A stretch of DNA of 64,000 nucleotides from Octopus sinensis (GCF_006345805.1 NW_021835992.1:310001-374000); one strand, 5' to 3'. Shown: positions 1-13,315, counted from the first letter of the stretch. Notes: generated by a model from the letters alone, not told the origin. Made by a program: numbers and translations.

Positions 1-215
1 AACACTAAAGTCTTTTGTTAATCACAAATCCTTGTCTATAATGTCTGCAGTCGGAGGGTAGAAAGATCATTTTGTGATTTTCATATGTTAAGTCTATTCT
101 AGATTTTTGATTGGTCTCTTGTAGGCATCCGATGTTAGCGCAATTTTCTAAATTTTATCATCGTCAGTTTCAACAGTTTTTGTTGGGTATAGAATTCGAA
201 TACGGAGATCTAACG
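1..215 (-). mobile_element. LINE (RTE-like) apurinic endonuclease relic
   Basis: Minus strand reads DIGCLQETNQKSRIDLTYENHKMIFLPSDCRHYRQG, with the APE DIxCLQET motif; degenerate. Confidence 0.4.
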
Positions 216-924
216 TATTTTTCAAAGCAGGGGATCGATGTTAAAATAAAATTTACTCGTTGTTTGGTTAAATAAAGTTTTATTCAATTAATTAATATTA
301 GCCTTAAATAAGTAAACAAAATTATCCGCCCCGCAGACCAATAATTTTTTTATAATCCGGCTCGTGAAGTGGGAAATTCTCCGACCCCTGCTGAGCATTT
401 CTATAAAATAGCAAGAATTCATAAACGATGTATTTCAATGACTTAATTAAACCCATCATAATAAAATTTGACTGAACGTTTTATAAAACTTTTTCAGCGA
501 ATCTCGGTGCTCCGCGGAAACCGCCATTCAATATGCAGTCCGGCATCGTTTAGCCAACCCTTAGTCTCTCGACTACTCTTTCAACCATCTACGCTAGCTA
601 GCATCTAAACTTTCTCAATTCTCAAAGTTCTGTTTAAAAAAATTACAAAAATACTTGTTTCAACCTAGGAATATGCATTAATCAACATTAAAACACGAGT
701 ATATCTTTAAAGTCCATTTCTTTTTCAAAAGAATATTTCCCGGTTTGATTAAAGCAGTGTGATCTTCCTTCACAACTCTCAATGTCCCAAAATATAAAAA
801 TGTAGTTAACGGTTAGTGCTTTTAGTCAGTTATTATGTATTTCTAGTGATCTCTATATAATAATCATAATTATGACTAGAAATAAGTGAAAAACAAAAAT
901 AATCATAACTAAAAATAGGAAAAA

Positions 925-1565
925 TCAAAGCTGTCCACACTGTGAAATGACGACATTAGTCTTGGGCTTATTATTAGGCCCAACTGGCATATTCTCCACT
1001 TTTTTGAGAACCAGAATACCCTCAAGAATACGCCCTTTAAATAAAACAACAAAAATACCAAAAACGACATGTTTCTTATCCAAATAAGTGCAATCAGCAC
1101 AAGTAATAAAAAATTGACACCCATTCGAATCCTTTCCACTGTTGGCCTACAAACCTCCCCCAAAACAAGACCATCGACAACACCCCCGCCGACGAATGTG
1201 ACCCCCCCAAGTCTTCATCGTTGAACTCCCCTCCATAAATAGAAAAGACTCCCGTTCCGTCCCCCTTTATAAAGTCCCCTCCCTGGACCATAAAGTCCTT
1301 CATGACCCTGTGGAAGGTCGAGTCCTTGTAGCCGACAGGGACCCCGTCCTTTTTGAACTCTCCTGTACAGAATTGTCTTTTATTTGTATAAATATATAGA
1401 CCTAAAATTTTCGGCTGTTTTTGGTGTTTTGTGGGCATAAAGTTCAAATTTGATACGACCTGCTTCCTGTCGATATTAAATGTGGGAGATTACATATGAG
1501 CCGATTTTTATATCAAAAAACACCACTGGATTATCCGGATGAGCTAAATTGTCGAACACTGACAT
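925..1565 (-). CDS. PPIH: Peptidyl-prolyl isomerase H (cyclophilin H, U4/U6 snRNP)
   Basis: Spliced translation [24 protein letters not shown]|[22 protein letters not shown]|[35 protein letters not shown]...VLSM|[16 protein letters not shown]...KHVVFG|RILEG...[18 protein letters not shown]. Four GT-AG introns of 27, 25, 25 and 24 nt. Confidence 0.95.
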
Positions 1566-1652
1566 TAATCTAACCACACACAACAAAAATAAAACAATAA
1601 AATCTATTAAAAAACAAATTAAATTTATAATTAAATTAATCAATTCCAAATT

Positions 1653-2527
1653 TTAATACCAATAAGTTTTTTTCCTAACAGTCTCATCTTTAGGCACTCC
1701 AAGAGAATCCTTAATATCATCCTCCACCAAATTCAGTGTTGGCTTGTAGCTCACAAAAGTGACCGTCCGGGGATCACAGTCCTTAGCCCCCTCCTTGTAC
1801 TCCTCCGGCACAATATAGCCGTAGGAGGGGTCCAATATCTCCCAGGCTGATGCCGGGATTGGGATGTGGGCTCCGGTCGTGGAGGAGACTCGGATGAGGT
1901 CTCCGTCTTCCGTGTATCTCCACGTCACCGCGGTCCCTTTCCTGGTATTTACCATCGTTGGAATACTTTTCAATTGGATCCACCAGCTGTATGTCCTCCA
2001 CTACTGAAAGAGGCATTTCTCTGGCATGACAATATCCGGGGGATTTATCCGAAGAACCAATTATTTCATATTTCTATAAATTAAATTATGTTTTAATTTA
2101 TATATATTTAATTAATAAATTATATTTAAATAGTTTACCAGGTGGAGTCCACGAACATAACACCAATTTCTTTCTGGAAATATCGTAGTCACTGTCCCCT
2201 GCTTTCCCTTGTCTTTTCCTACCAATATTTCAACCTACTGAACTTAGTATTGCTATATCTGACTATATCTCCTCTGAAGATACTCCATTTAATAGGTTTA
2301 ATGACTTGAAATTTAAACGTCAAATTTTTGTTGTTATTCACAAATTCACTTGTCCATGGTCGGCAATTGCTGTAATAAAAAAAGCGTTTCCCGGTCTGAA
2401 TTTGTCCCCTGATTGGTCGGACATAGCATTTCCTGAATGGTTCATAGGCTACTCTGTAAATATAGTGTTTAAGCCATCTCATCCCGTCAGTTGGTACTGG
2501 ATTTGATCGTAGTAATTTAGCCGACAT
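1653..2527 (-). CDS. MRPL24: Mitochondrial ribosomal protein L24 (metazoan type)
   Basis: KOW motif WSIFRGDI|VEILVGKDKGKQG, VDPIEK|KGTAVTWRYTEDG and C-terminal KKTYWY. Introns of 29 and 25 nt plus one longer AT-rich intron. Confidence 0.93.
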
Positions 2528-2999
2528 GTGAGTGTCACGAGACTATATTTAAATTGAATTTACTTTTATTTAATATAAATAGTTAAACTATAAATTAAAA
2601 TATATTTTTTGTAAAAAATTTAATAAATGACAACTATTGTAGAAAAATAATAGTTATATTCTCACAGTGCAGAACAATGAAAACTGTCTTTGATTGTGAC
2701 TGCTTCATACAATAATTGACATTAATTGAAGATAAAAGTAAACTAGGAAATATTATGAGTAACCATCATGTTGGTTGATCAGCAACATCCGAATATTTGA
2801 TTTGGGGCAATCACAAAGAAGATTGGTTGTCACTAGCAATAGAGATTTCAATCCGTTGTGGGTTCTTAGTGTTTTTTTTGAAGTGAATATGCGTATATTT
2901 TCAAATTTTTGTCGGTTGATGAAATGTTGTGGCCATCAATCGATTTCTAATACTGTAGTGTTAAAATAAGATTGCTGAATATGTTTTAAACTGTCTAGA

Positions 3000-3408
3000 C
3001 TAGCTTTCCCAACCTTTTTGTGCTCGCGGTACTTAAAACCAGGGTTTTTTTCTTGCGGCACATATTAATTAAAATATATTTTTATTACTTTATTAAAAAT
3101 TGAAGAATAAAAATTCTTTATAAAAATCCTGAACATATTCGCCAGCCCATCGGTCTGGCCATTGTTCACGGCAACGCACACTGCGTCCTTGCCGCTGGCA
3201 CTTAACGCTTTTCTTCTATTTCTTTGTTTTTTATCAAAAAATTCATTTCAAAAAAAATTCAGCAAATCTAATTTTACAAGTACGGTAATATCGATTTTGT
3301 CTTCGGTTAAAGTAAGTTGATAGTCACATGATTTTGAGAATGGATTTCTGATCCAATTATATTTTTCAATATTAAAAGAAGGCAAATATTTATTAAATAC
3401 AATCACTA
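3000..3408 (-). mobile_element. hAT (Charlie/Buster-like) relic
   Basis: TTTCCCAACCTTTT hAT-type end near 3000; minus-strand fragment YLPSFNIEKYNWIRNPF. Confidence 0.5.
3140..3235 (+). mobile_element. CRE-clade non-LTR retrotransposon 3' tip
   Basis: QPIGLAIVHGNAHCVLAAGT* followed by a T-rich tail, matching the QRISIAIxRGN terminal motif of the other copies. Confidence 0.55.
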
Positions 3409-4000
3409 CAGTAAAGTCTCTCGATTCTGCCAATTATAACTAATAAATTCTCAAATAGGCCATTTTCTCTAAGAAAATTTTTCGAATCTGCCAAATTCTC
3501 GAATCCGCCAGATTTTTGTTAACGAATCCGCTATGTCTCAATTTTAAATATTTTTTTAATTAATTTTACAGGTAATTTATTTACACGTTTTCATTGTTTT
3601 CATGAAACGTAGCTTTACACGATAAAAAAAACACAAAAATTGCTATTTTAAAGTTCATTGAATCAAATGTTGAATTACCTTCTATAAAAATTTCGGAAAT
3701 TTTTCCCAGAAAATATAATGTACCTATTACTCGTAGATCTATTGATGATCTGAGAAATAAGAGGAATTGTGTTGAATAACTTAAGATCTGATATTTATTG
3801 TGAATAATATTTAAAGTTTGGTGAAATCGATAATTGATACAATTTCTTGGATTAATTCAATGAATGCTAAAGGAACCATTTGAACAATGAAAATATTGCT
3901 GAGAAACCCAAAATATTTGCTTCAAAGCGAGGATTTAATGATTTTGCAGGAAGTAAGAAATTAATAGTGAAGAACCTTCAGAGGAGAGTCAGAAAAGTGT
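3409..4000 (+). mobile_element. Tigger/pogo relic
   Basis: TA-CAGTAAAGTCTCTCGATTC end and repeated CTCGAATCCGCC motif shared with the Tigger copies at 39637 and 56528; other end not found. Confidence 0.45.
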
Positions 4001-4464
4001 AACTTTTAAAGAGGCTTTTTAAGTTTTAAATAAATTAAACAAATTCAAGAAGAATTATTTGATGTCAAAAATTTCGAATCCATTGAAAAGCTTCAATGAT
4101 TCGAATGATCCGGTTTTGCCGATCCCCGAAATTGGCAAATCTTTGTTGCATATTCAAAAATCCAAAATTGCATATGCAGCGTCAATGGTTTTACCATAAA
4201 GAGTTCCCTACGGACACTAAATCTTTGGAAAAAGTTCCAAAGAGTTTCCTCAGAATAGGATTTAGCCATCATGATTGAATAACAGAAATGTTAATGCTGT
4301 TATAAAAATGATCTTCAGAGTTGATTTGGATAGCAAGTTGTTGATTACTAAATCATCGTGTAAAGATCTCTTTATTAAAATAAAAAAGCAGTGCTAACCA
4401 AATTTAAGAAAGTACCTACAGAAAGTAGTTTTTAAATTTTCACCTAAAGGGCGGCCGCATGGCC

Positions 4465-4625
4465 ATATGGATGGGATGAAATAACATCCAAATTCTATAA
4501 GCACTACCAAAACTCCCTACAATTCCAATGACTCTACGCGTGCATATGTCCAGACAATCGTAATCAAGAAAACACTGGAGAGCATGCGCCGGGAGTACAA
4601 ACTCCTGTCTACAACGATGAAGCAT
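4465..4625 (+). mobile_element. 3' fragment of the microsporidia-like RLE retrotransposon
   Basis: Clearly similar to 30650-30800 (WDxITSKFYKHYQN...RAYVQTIVIKKTLESMR). Confidence 0.65.
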
Positions 4626-4854
4626 GCGATTATTGGATTCCCGAGTGAGACCATAGAATCGGACGCGAGAACAACCAAAAAAGTGGCCTGCCCTGTAAAA
4701 TGGATAAGTGTACCCGTCAAAGACATTAGCTCAGGCTCAATTCTCGAAAGGAGGAGAATTGACTGAAAGCGGACGCAAAAATTAAAAATCAATTTTAGCT
4801 GGACTTTTGATTATTGTTCTTTATGTGAATAATAAAAATAAAAAATTGTAAAAA

Positions 4855-4927
4855 AGGTCCTGCCGGGACTCGAACCCGGAATCTTGTACTTAGGAGGCAC
4901 ACGCCTTATCCATTGGGCCACAGGACC
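4855..4927 (-). tRNA. tRNA-Arg (CCT)
   Basis: GGTCCTG...CAGGACC acceptor stem, TGGCCCAATGG A-box, anticodon arm TGTGC-CTCCTAA-GTACA, GGTTCGAGTCC T-loop, 73 nt, followed by an oligo-T terminator. Confidence 0.96.
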
Positions 4928-4974
4928 TGTTTATTGTGTCTTTCATTCATTAAGAACATATAAATTAATAATCT

Positions 4975-5250
4975 TTAGTTCTGTGACCGAAGACTCCCGA
5001 CGTCTCCACTGCGATCGGAGCAATGATATGACGGTGAGATAATCCACTGTATTTCTCGATTTTTAGCGTTTTGGCCGAGTTAGTTGACGGCTGACGTAAA
5101 GATGTTTTCGGCGGAGAAGGTGTTCGTGCAATTTGCGTATCAGATGAGCGACTTGCCATTTTCGAAGGGGAATGTTGTTAGGCCGTCAGGACGTTTACCA
5201 TCCTCCCGAACCAGGCCGACCGGTTCCAACTCTGATGCGACCGGTTGTTG
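4975..5250 (-). mobile_element. CRE-clade retrotransposon fragment (RLE domain)
   Basis: [15 protein letters not shown]...EKYSGLSHRHIIAPIAVETSGVFG; frameshifted. Confidence 0.8.
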
Positions 5251-5299
5251 TTTATTATAATAGTTTATTCAAAATAGGTTTAAATGAAATACTCTAGGC

Positions 5300-6095
5300 C
5301 AGCGGTTCTCAAATGCGGCCCCCGGGGCCGCATGTGGCCCCCAGGATTTTTTTTGCGGCCCCTCTAGAGTAACTAACTTTTTTAATTTTTTAATAATGTT
5401 TAAATTTAATTATTCATTCTTAAGGTTAAACATATCCATAATTGGTGATTTCATTAATCAATTTGAAGTAAATTTAATTTTTAGAATTTTAAAGAATTCC
5501 TTCCTTTAATGAAAATATTCGCAACTTTATTCAGCGTGGAAATTAAGGATGCGCCTGCAAAATTCAACTAAAACTCATTAATTTACTGGCGGCATTGTTC
5601 AAAAATGCGTCTATTATTAATTTTTACGAATTAATTCCTCAAGACAAATTCACAAATATAACACACAATGCATATATGAATATATCAATGTTTAAATCTA
5701 CATATTTATGCGAATCAATATTTAGTAAAATGATTCGAATAAAAAATAAATATCGTAACAAGCTCACGGATAATCACTAGAGTCAGCTTTTACGAACTTC
5801 TTCGACTTTACTTATTCCGATTTCAAAAACTTAATAAACAAATAGTACTTTTTTTTTAGATACAACGCCTTTTGTAGATTTTTTTAGCTTTTATTTCTTT
5901 ATAAAAAAATGGAAATTAAAAAAAGAAAAAAAGAGTCTAAAACTCATTACGCATCAGCAGTGGCTGCACTTCGGATTGCAAGCGAGTTACCGGCTTGGAA
6001 AATATAAAAATATATTAAAATATTTTTTGTGCGGCCCGCGAAGCTAATCTTAATTATCGATTTGGCCCTTGAGCTAAAAAGGTTGAGAACCCCTG
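5300..6095 (+). mobile_element. Non-autonomous hAT (Charlie/SPIN-like) element
   Basis: TIRs CAGCGGTTCTCAA / TTGAGAACCCCTG, perfect 8-bp TSD CTCTAGGC (5292-5299, 6096-6103), internal transposase C-terminus FKSTYLCESIFSKMIRIKNKYRNKL. Confidence 0.92.
5930..6000 (-). mobile_element. Tiny CRE 3' tip nested in the hAT element
   Basis: AGNSLAIRSAATADA* resembles the RGNSLAI terminus; T-rich tail. Confidence 0.4.
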
Positions 6096-6429
6096 CTCTA
6101 GGCCTTCTAGGAAAACTAAAAACTATATTATTTAGATAATTTTTATGGATTCTGTTATTCGCCATTTTTCAATAATCGCCACATTTTCAGAATTGGCTGA
6201 CATGAGAGCCTTTACTGTAATACAATTCACTGATTCAAACTCCTCATCCAACTATAACTGCAAAATTAAGCATTTGCTGAGATGTGTCGGCAATATTTGT
6301 AAACTTCCTTAAAGAAATATACTTGTGTCGGTCGATCTCATTAAGCCCTTTGATCACACTTCGAGATCTGTTCTGAGTAATACAATTGCTATGACCGATA
6401 TTCCAACAACCTTGAAACGTTGACTAACA

Positions 6430-6690
6430 AACTTTATATTGGGCCGCTTAAGCCAAACAGTGATCAAAGAATACAAGTCCCGCTTTTGATACCTACCGAA
6501 TAGAGTCTTCAGGGCTCAGTGTTATCGCTAGTTTTCTTTAACCCCATTTAAGTGACGCACCGGTTTCCAAGAATACATTACTGCTCTCATACGCAGACAA
6601 CATAATCATTCTATCAAAAGATAGCGATTTATCAACGGCCACCAACTACTTACAATCTCATCTGGATTTCATTGCTGCCTGGTTTACCAT
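6430..6690 (+). mobile_element. LINE reverse transcriptase relic
   Basis: QGSVLS-like motif and LLSYADNIIILSKDSDLSTATNYLQSHLD (YADD box degenerate). Confidence 0.55.
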
Positions 6691-7594
6691 CCTTTCCAAG
6701 ATTTTTTCTACATAAATAAAGACTATTTTTGTTTGCTGGCTTTAAGTGTATATTCTGAGAAAAACAAGCAACCCTCTCAAATCAGATCAAAATCCAAAAT
6801 TATAATTTTCTTCGAAATTGCATATTTATCTTATGTAACAAATTTGCAGAGTTTTGTTTCGCGAAAGTTAAATCATTTCTTCTTAACTTTCAGTGATCTG
6901 ACTTAATAACTTTCACATTGAGGACATTACTTACATTGTCTTCTAACATTTCCAAATATGGTATGTTTTCACTCCATCGAGAATCTTAGAAAACGGTAGA
7001 TAATCCGAATTGCTAACAGATTTTTGAGGATTTATTTCCAAAGCAACAGTTCGAAAAATTGCTTAATTATTTTCATAATTTCAACAATTGTTTCTTTTTT
7101 GTACATGTTTTAAATCACCCACAAAAAATGTTTGATTCATTGGGTAAATCAGCATATTGTGATTTTTACAGCCAATTTTGACACGTTCATGCCAAGTAGA
7201 GATGGTTTTGATACATTAAAGCCGGAATTACTGGAGTTCTACTCTAAAGCTGATATGGGAAATTAGACAAAGTGAATTTGAACAGTCTGAAAGTTGACGC
7301 AAATTAGTTACTACCAATGACTGGATTTTAGATAGTTGCCGATAGTCCCAAATGTCTTGTATTTTTAATAGCCTTAACCAAATCCATGTTTTTTACTTTC
7401 CAGGTGGCAAGGATGTTGGTTAAAATAGCTTTTCACTATTTTTGATAATCCATTAAGCTTTTAATTTTTTTCAATCTAATTAGTCATTGTTTTATAGAAG
7501 AGGTTTTCAGATTTATATTTACTTATTTTTTTAATTTTTAACTTGAAAATTACTTATTATAAAACAATTATAATCACGTTCCTATTTGTTATGT

Positions 7595-7915
7595 TTTTTT
7601 TTTAAACAAGAAAGAAATTAAAGATAGCTAAGTTAATTAAAGCCTTCACGAGACACCTGGCCAGCATCGCGAATGGCGAAGCCGTTCCCTCGGATCACAG
7701 CAATCGACAGACGTTCCAGGAGCCAAGAAAACTCTCTTGGATCGTGACTAGTCCTTGAAATCCGTCGACCGAGCGAGCGAAGGAAGCGGAGTGTCTTGGG
7801 GCCGAAGATCCCGGAGGACTCCACGGCAATTGGAGTAAAGAACAGCGAGTTGGAGAGGTGCCCGTACTTGAGAATCTTTCGCTCCTCGGCCTGCCTCGAA
7901 GCGTGCCCAGTAAAA
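7595..7915 (-). mobile_element. CRE-clade retrotransposon, family A, 5'-truncated with poly(A)
   Basis: PIAVESSGIFGPKTLRFLRSLGRRISRTSHDPREFSWLLERLSIAVIRGN; near-identical to 40213-40472. Confidence 0.88.
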
Positions 7916-8729
7916 GATGTTATTGCTGAGTTTTTTACGAGAGAACAATGCTATCAATTTCATGAATTGATCAGATTTGGAATTAAAATTAGCATATTTA
8001 ACAGACATAGTTATGATATTGAATGATGTGAATGTAAGCATGCAAGGAAATAATGAGACAATTTTGAGTTCCACGGATAAGTTAAGTTCTTTAAAAATGA
8101 ATATTACATATTTGAGAAGATTAGTATAAAGTGGAGATTTTTGCATGTTTCCTAAAGCTTTCGCATTCTATTTTATAAAGCTGATTTAGATTCTGACGCT
8201 ACCATAATGTCTTTCAAAGAATCTTCATTGCGTCTTCTCGATAATTAGCAGTCTATTCATTGATGTTGGTTAATCTTTCTAGTGTATCGTCCTCCTTTGA
8301 ATTCACACGTTTCTTGAAATCAAACAGATTAATGTTCTGTCTTATGTTTTACTGGCACGCAATAAGTTTTCAAAAATCTTTTGAAATTTGTCAAGTCTCT
8401 TTGTAGCATTAAAGATATGAGAAACCAGAGACCTATGAAAGACCCACGTGCATATTCATCAACGTCGCTGCTGATGACTTAAAGTGGTTTGTTAAAATCT
8501 CCTCTTGACTCGTAATATAAAGAATAAAATCTCACATATTATTTTCTGTTTAATGTGCTCTGTCATAGTAGGATGAGAACTGTAGAAGTATTCCATCGCG
8601 AGATTAGAGGGAATGTTCCTGTCAATTCGTAAACAAGCCAGATATATTACTTCTTATTTCTCCATCCAAGGGTATTATGTTGCGTCCCATCATGGTGGCT
8701 AATGTCACCTGTTAATTTATCATAATGTC

Positions 8730-9725
8730 TGTCACAGTGACTGTCAAAATTAATTTCATTGGTTTCTAATCAATACAAAATCATTATGATCCAAGTTTTC
8801 AACCATACTTTATACAAAATTTAGCTGAAACATCTGAAATATTTTCTACGTTTAAATCCTTAGATGATAGTGGATAAAAATCATCCAAACTCTCATTTTC
8901 TGTAAAATTTAAAAAATTAAAAAACTTATACTCATGAATGACGTGTTTATACAGAAACTCCTCTCAGTTTTTTAAATGGTGTTTCGTTTATAGAAGAATG
9001 AATAGTTGTGTTATATATAAAAGTGCCTCGTTTAATAAATTGGATCCAATTTTTAGTTGATTCTTCACTCATCAGCTTTGAAAGATTTCGTGTCAAAGTT
9101 TGATTAAACCTTTCCACGATACCCTGAAACAGATAAATATTGTATTATTACTTGTGATTGAAGATGATTTCGTCTTCCATAAATATGTTTGATTTTGTTT
9201 TAAAGGCAGAAAAAATCTAGATAATTATTCTTAAACTCCGTTCCATTATCTGTTTTTAGAATCTCACAAAAGCCGATTTCAAAACAAATTTCTTCAAATG
9301 CTTCACAAATATCTAAATTTCAATATTAGATTTAAATATTCCTATTGAGATTTATTTTTAACTTCTTTACAGATGGCATACCTACTGTAAACATCAATGA
9401 CTGTAAATATCCATTTGTAACTATCATTGGAATCGTTAAATTTTTTAACGTCTACAAGGTCTGCTTGGAATCGTTCATTTGGTCTTTTGGCAATCACATG
9501 GAATTTAGAATCAGAAACCTGCTATTAATTTTATACTTTAAGAATAGAAAACTTGCAAATTGAGCATTTTTGACGAATAGTTCTATAATTTTCCGCCTTA
9601 TTGTAAAATAAGAGTGTAAACATTCCTGTTGCAGTTACGAATTCCAGAATGGCTATTCCGATGAATAGAATCTGGAATAGTTTGCATTTCACTTTCACTA
9701 TCCATGCAAAAAACTAATTTGTATC
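8730..9725 (-). mobile_element. Ginger-type DDE integrase pseudogene with a TGTCACAG end
   Basis: HHCC finger (IHRNSHSG...KCSICK), core RPNERFQADLVDVKKF...WIFTVIDVYSRY and QGIVERFNQTL; TGTCACAG at 8730; 5' part cut at the CRE insertion. Confidence 0.75.
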
Positions 9726-9736
9726 GTGACTAGTTA

Positions 9737-12337
9737 AGCACGAAGGGCATCACAGAGACTCAGCTGCGAACTTTCGCCACTTCAGCTGGGTGTGGGAATC
9801 CCAAATGGCTGCGAAGCTGCAGTGCATGCAACCAGAGAATTCTCCTCGCAAAAAGGGAACTCAAATGGTCCCGGAGTTCTAGCTATAAAACTGGACATTA
9901 AGAATGCATTCAACAGCCTGAGGAGAGATGTGATTCTCGAAGCCTGCTTAGAAAGGGCTCCTGATATTATCGGCTTGGTTCACTTGGCATATGGGTCAGA
10001 CAGCTCTCTTCTTTTTGGAGATGAAATTATCAAATCGTGCACAGGAGTTCAGCAGGGCGACCCTATCGGTCCACTGCTGTTCGCCCTCGGCATGACTCTG
10101 TCGTACGGAAAGTCGATTCTTTTTTCAACCTGTGGTACCTCGATGATGCAACCATCGGGGGCCCTCTGATACTGTGATTGAGGATATTTTCAACATAATT
10201 CCCACCCTCCGTGAAATTGGACTGGAAGTAAACGTCAGCAAGTGCGAGCTTATAAATATCTCTTGCTCGCACGAAGAATTCGGTTCCGCACTAAACAAGC
10301 TGCAACTTCGCCTGCCGGGGCTGACAACCACACCCATTGATGATGTTCTATTCCTCGGCGCGCCCATGGGCCAAATCCAACTAAGAAGTCGCTATCTGAG
10401 AAAGCCAAATGGGTCACTGATTTCACAAATAAGCTCATGTTGCTTGATTCTCACTACGGATTTTTCGTGCTCAGAGCAAACCTCATGTTGCCAAGGCTTC
10501 TATATTTGCTGCGAACTTCAAACTGCTCAATACAATCCGACATGCTTCAATCGCTCGATACTTCTCTGAAGTTGGCCGCTGAAAAAATCCTAAACATATC
10601 CTTTGACGACGCTGGTTGGACTTGCTGCAAATTACCTCTACGCCTTGGCGGAGTTGGACTCCGTTCACCTCTGGACATGGCTCTTCCTGCATTCCTCTCC
10701 TCACGTGCGAGCTCCCAAGCCCTCATAACCCAAATCCTACGTAACTCTCGCGGATTGGAAGAGGACCGGGTTTTCTCTGGAGCTTGCGAATTCTGGAAGG
10801 GATCTGGATTGGCCATTCCATCTAACATTTCACGCCAATGGGAATGGGATGATATCTCCAGCAAAGCTAAAATGGAAGCAATCAGACCTACATTGGATCA
10901 GCATCGCCTTGCTTGTTTCGGTGCCGCTGCCAGACCTGAAAGTGGGGCGTGGCTTAATGCCCTCCCTTGCTCCCAATCTGGAACCCTTCTCGATAATGAC
11001 TGTGTGAAGATTGGCGTAGCAATGCGCTTGGGACTTAATGTCTGTCGGGGGGCCAATGCCGATGTGGGAGTAAAGTCGATACCAAAGGACTACATCCCCT
11101 GTCATGCAGAAGGAGTGCTGGCCGTGCTCCCAGACACTCCGCTATCAACGAGACTATTTCGGCTGCTTTACAAGCAGCTGGATTCCCGACAGAACTGGAA
11201 CCCGTCGGGCTGGACCGTGGAGACGGTAAACGCCCAGATGGAGTCACCATTTTCCCGTGGAGTAATGGGAAATGCCTCGCGTTGGACTCCACGTGCACAG
11301 ACACCTTCTCAAAGACCAATATAGTTGACTCCGCGATCAGTCCAGGCTCAGCCGCTGAGAAGGCTGAGGTACATAAAGCTCAGAAATATTCCAACCTGCT
11401 AACAACTTTATCTTCTCCCCAATATCTGTAGAAACCTCCGGGGCCATGAGCCAAAAATCGTTTGAACTCGTTGTGAAAATCGGGAATCTGATCTCGAGAA
11501 GACGGAGAGAGCCTCTGGAGAAGCAATGGTTGTTCCAAAGAATATCCATTGCGATCCTGAGGGGCAACGTGTCACAGTCGATAAAGAAACACGCCGTTAA
11601 TGAAACGCCAACATCAAATTGACAAAAAATCATATCGAAAAAAAAGATAAATTAATACAAATCGTCATTGGGAATGATTAATTAGTTATAAATGTGCCCG
11701 TCCATAGAAGGACACGCCGTTAAATGGACACTAGGTGATTTGAATAGTAGGTAACAAGCTAAAGTAAAAAAATATATTTATAAAATGATTTTAAATTTAA
11801 CATAATTTAAAATAAAATTGAAATAACTTAAATTTTCCATTGAATCCCATAAAATAATTATAAGTAGACCTTAATAGAAAAAGTAAAATCAATGAATACT
11901 GAACGCTAATTTGGTTTAGGTTGTGTGAAGGGGTAATAATTTGACAGATCTCATTGCTATTTCTCGTTTCAATCTCTAAATTAAGTCTTCTAATCACAAA
12001 TGAACTGTGCAGACAGGCTTGCTCCTTCAGAAGATTCTTGTTTTGACATTTAATACAATATGAAGCATTAGAATTTTTTTTCATTATTCTAAAATATCAA
12101 TTATTAATTTTAAAATATTATTTTTATTATGAAATCGGTTTAAAGCACATTCTGCTTTGGCATCGATTTTAATTTTTGTAATTGAAATATTTAAACGCAA
12201 ATACCTGCTCAGGTATGTCAATTATAAATTTTTTATTGACAAAATCAATTTTTTTCTAATTTGATGTTGGCGTTTCATTAACGGCGTGTTTCATAAACGG
12301 ACTGTGACACAACGTCTTCTCGATCATCAGCAGCTAA
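9737..12337 (+). mobile_element. CRE-clade non-LTR retrotransposon (RT, CCHC finger, RLE), 5'-truncated and frameshifted, split by a MITE at 11570-12309
   Basis: QLGVGIPNGCEAAVHA, KLDIKNAFNS, GVQQGDPIGPLLF, LWYLDD, GLHPLSC...H, RPDG, ILRGN|VFSIISS*. Confidence 0.92.
11570..12309. mobile_element. 740-bp non-autonomous TIR element, TGT...ACA ends, 5-bp TSD (Ginger2/TDD-like)
   Basis: About 50-bp TIR TGTCACAGTC...GAAACACGCCGTTAATGAAACGCCAACATCAAATT; TSD CAACG at 11565-11569 and 12310-12314; its removal restores the CRE reading frame RGN-VFS. Confidence 0.9.
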
Positions 12338-12469
12338 GATTATGATAATCATTTTCGCTCATTTGTTTCTTACTAATTTGTGCTTTGAAATCTTTCGCCA
12401 TCTAAGATACTCACTATAGATTGATATTCTACGATCTTTTTCACAAAACCTATTATTTATATATATAGG

Positions 12470-12830
12470 GAGAAACATTTTAGAGAGGACGGGATGACTA
12501 TCTTTCTGTTTTTGGAAGGAAAGCCTCTCGTATGGGATTCAACATGTTCCGACTCCTTGTCCAAGACAAACATGTTGGAAAGTGCCTGCAATGCTGGCAC
12601 AGCTGCAAATAAAGCAGAGGACATCAAGAAGAAATATGATGGGCTCACCGATCGTTAAGTTTTCCGGCCGATTGCTGTCGAAACCATGGGATCGATTGGG
12701 AAGGAGTCGTTGTGCTTCCTCAAGTGTATTGGACGTCTCAAGACCTTGAGAACACACAATCCTCTGGAGACGAGATGGCTCCTCAGAACGTGTCCCAAGC
12801 AATAGTGAGGGGAAACAGGATCGCCTTTAA
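12470..12830 (+). mobile_element. Degenerate CRE RLE fragment
   Basis: GMTIFLFLEGKPLVWDSTCSDSLSKTNMLESACNAGTAANKAEDIKKKY...PIAVETMG. Confidence 0.75.
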
Positions 12831-13184
12831 TTCATTTTGAAACTTTGAAATTTAGTAGTAACTCTTCCGACTGTCGGCGAGAAACTCGTGCCTTCTTGGT
12901 CGACTTAACGTTGCATATTATTATCAGAACTGCCGAAAACACATAAAAAACCAAAATCAACCGTTTCGTTTCAACAAAGAGTTTCTATTGCCATTCTCGA
13001 GAATAGTCTGAGAATTTCCGTACATAAATGACTCTATTAACTTTTAAATAACTATAAATTGATTATTATTAACCAAGAGCATACAGTGCAAGCCATCTTC
13101 TTGGTAAGTAATGAAACAACACTTTATGAAATCTAAATGAACGTAGTTGTCTAGATATCTTTGTAGCGCAACCAACAATATTTA

Positions 13185-13315
13185 GAGCTATAAAAAGTTT
13201 GTGATATAGTCACAAACTATGGCTTCAATCGACACACTTAACGTTCAGTGGCTATTTTTAGATTGTAACCAATGCTGTTAGATTTTCTCGATGTAATTGT
13301 GAACAGAACATCAAT
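13185..13315 (+). repeat. Dispersed ~130-bp repeat, second copy at 15470-15601
   Basis: Direct similarity GAGCTATAAAA...GACACACTTAACGTTCAGTGGCTATTT...GTGAACAGAACA; the second copy stops at the MULE end. Confidence 0.75.

Noticed and set aside
228-390. CAGGGG...CCCCTG pair suggesting a hAT MITE
   Set aside because: The TIR is short and imperfect, and the flanking 8-mers do not match.
7748-8146. 132-aa minus-strand ORF and similar antisense ORFs over CRE copies (e.g. 10483-11319, 21248-21486, 41976-42426)
   Set aside because: These are alternative-frame or read-through translations of GC-richer retroelement DNA.
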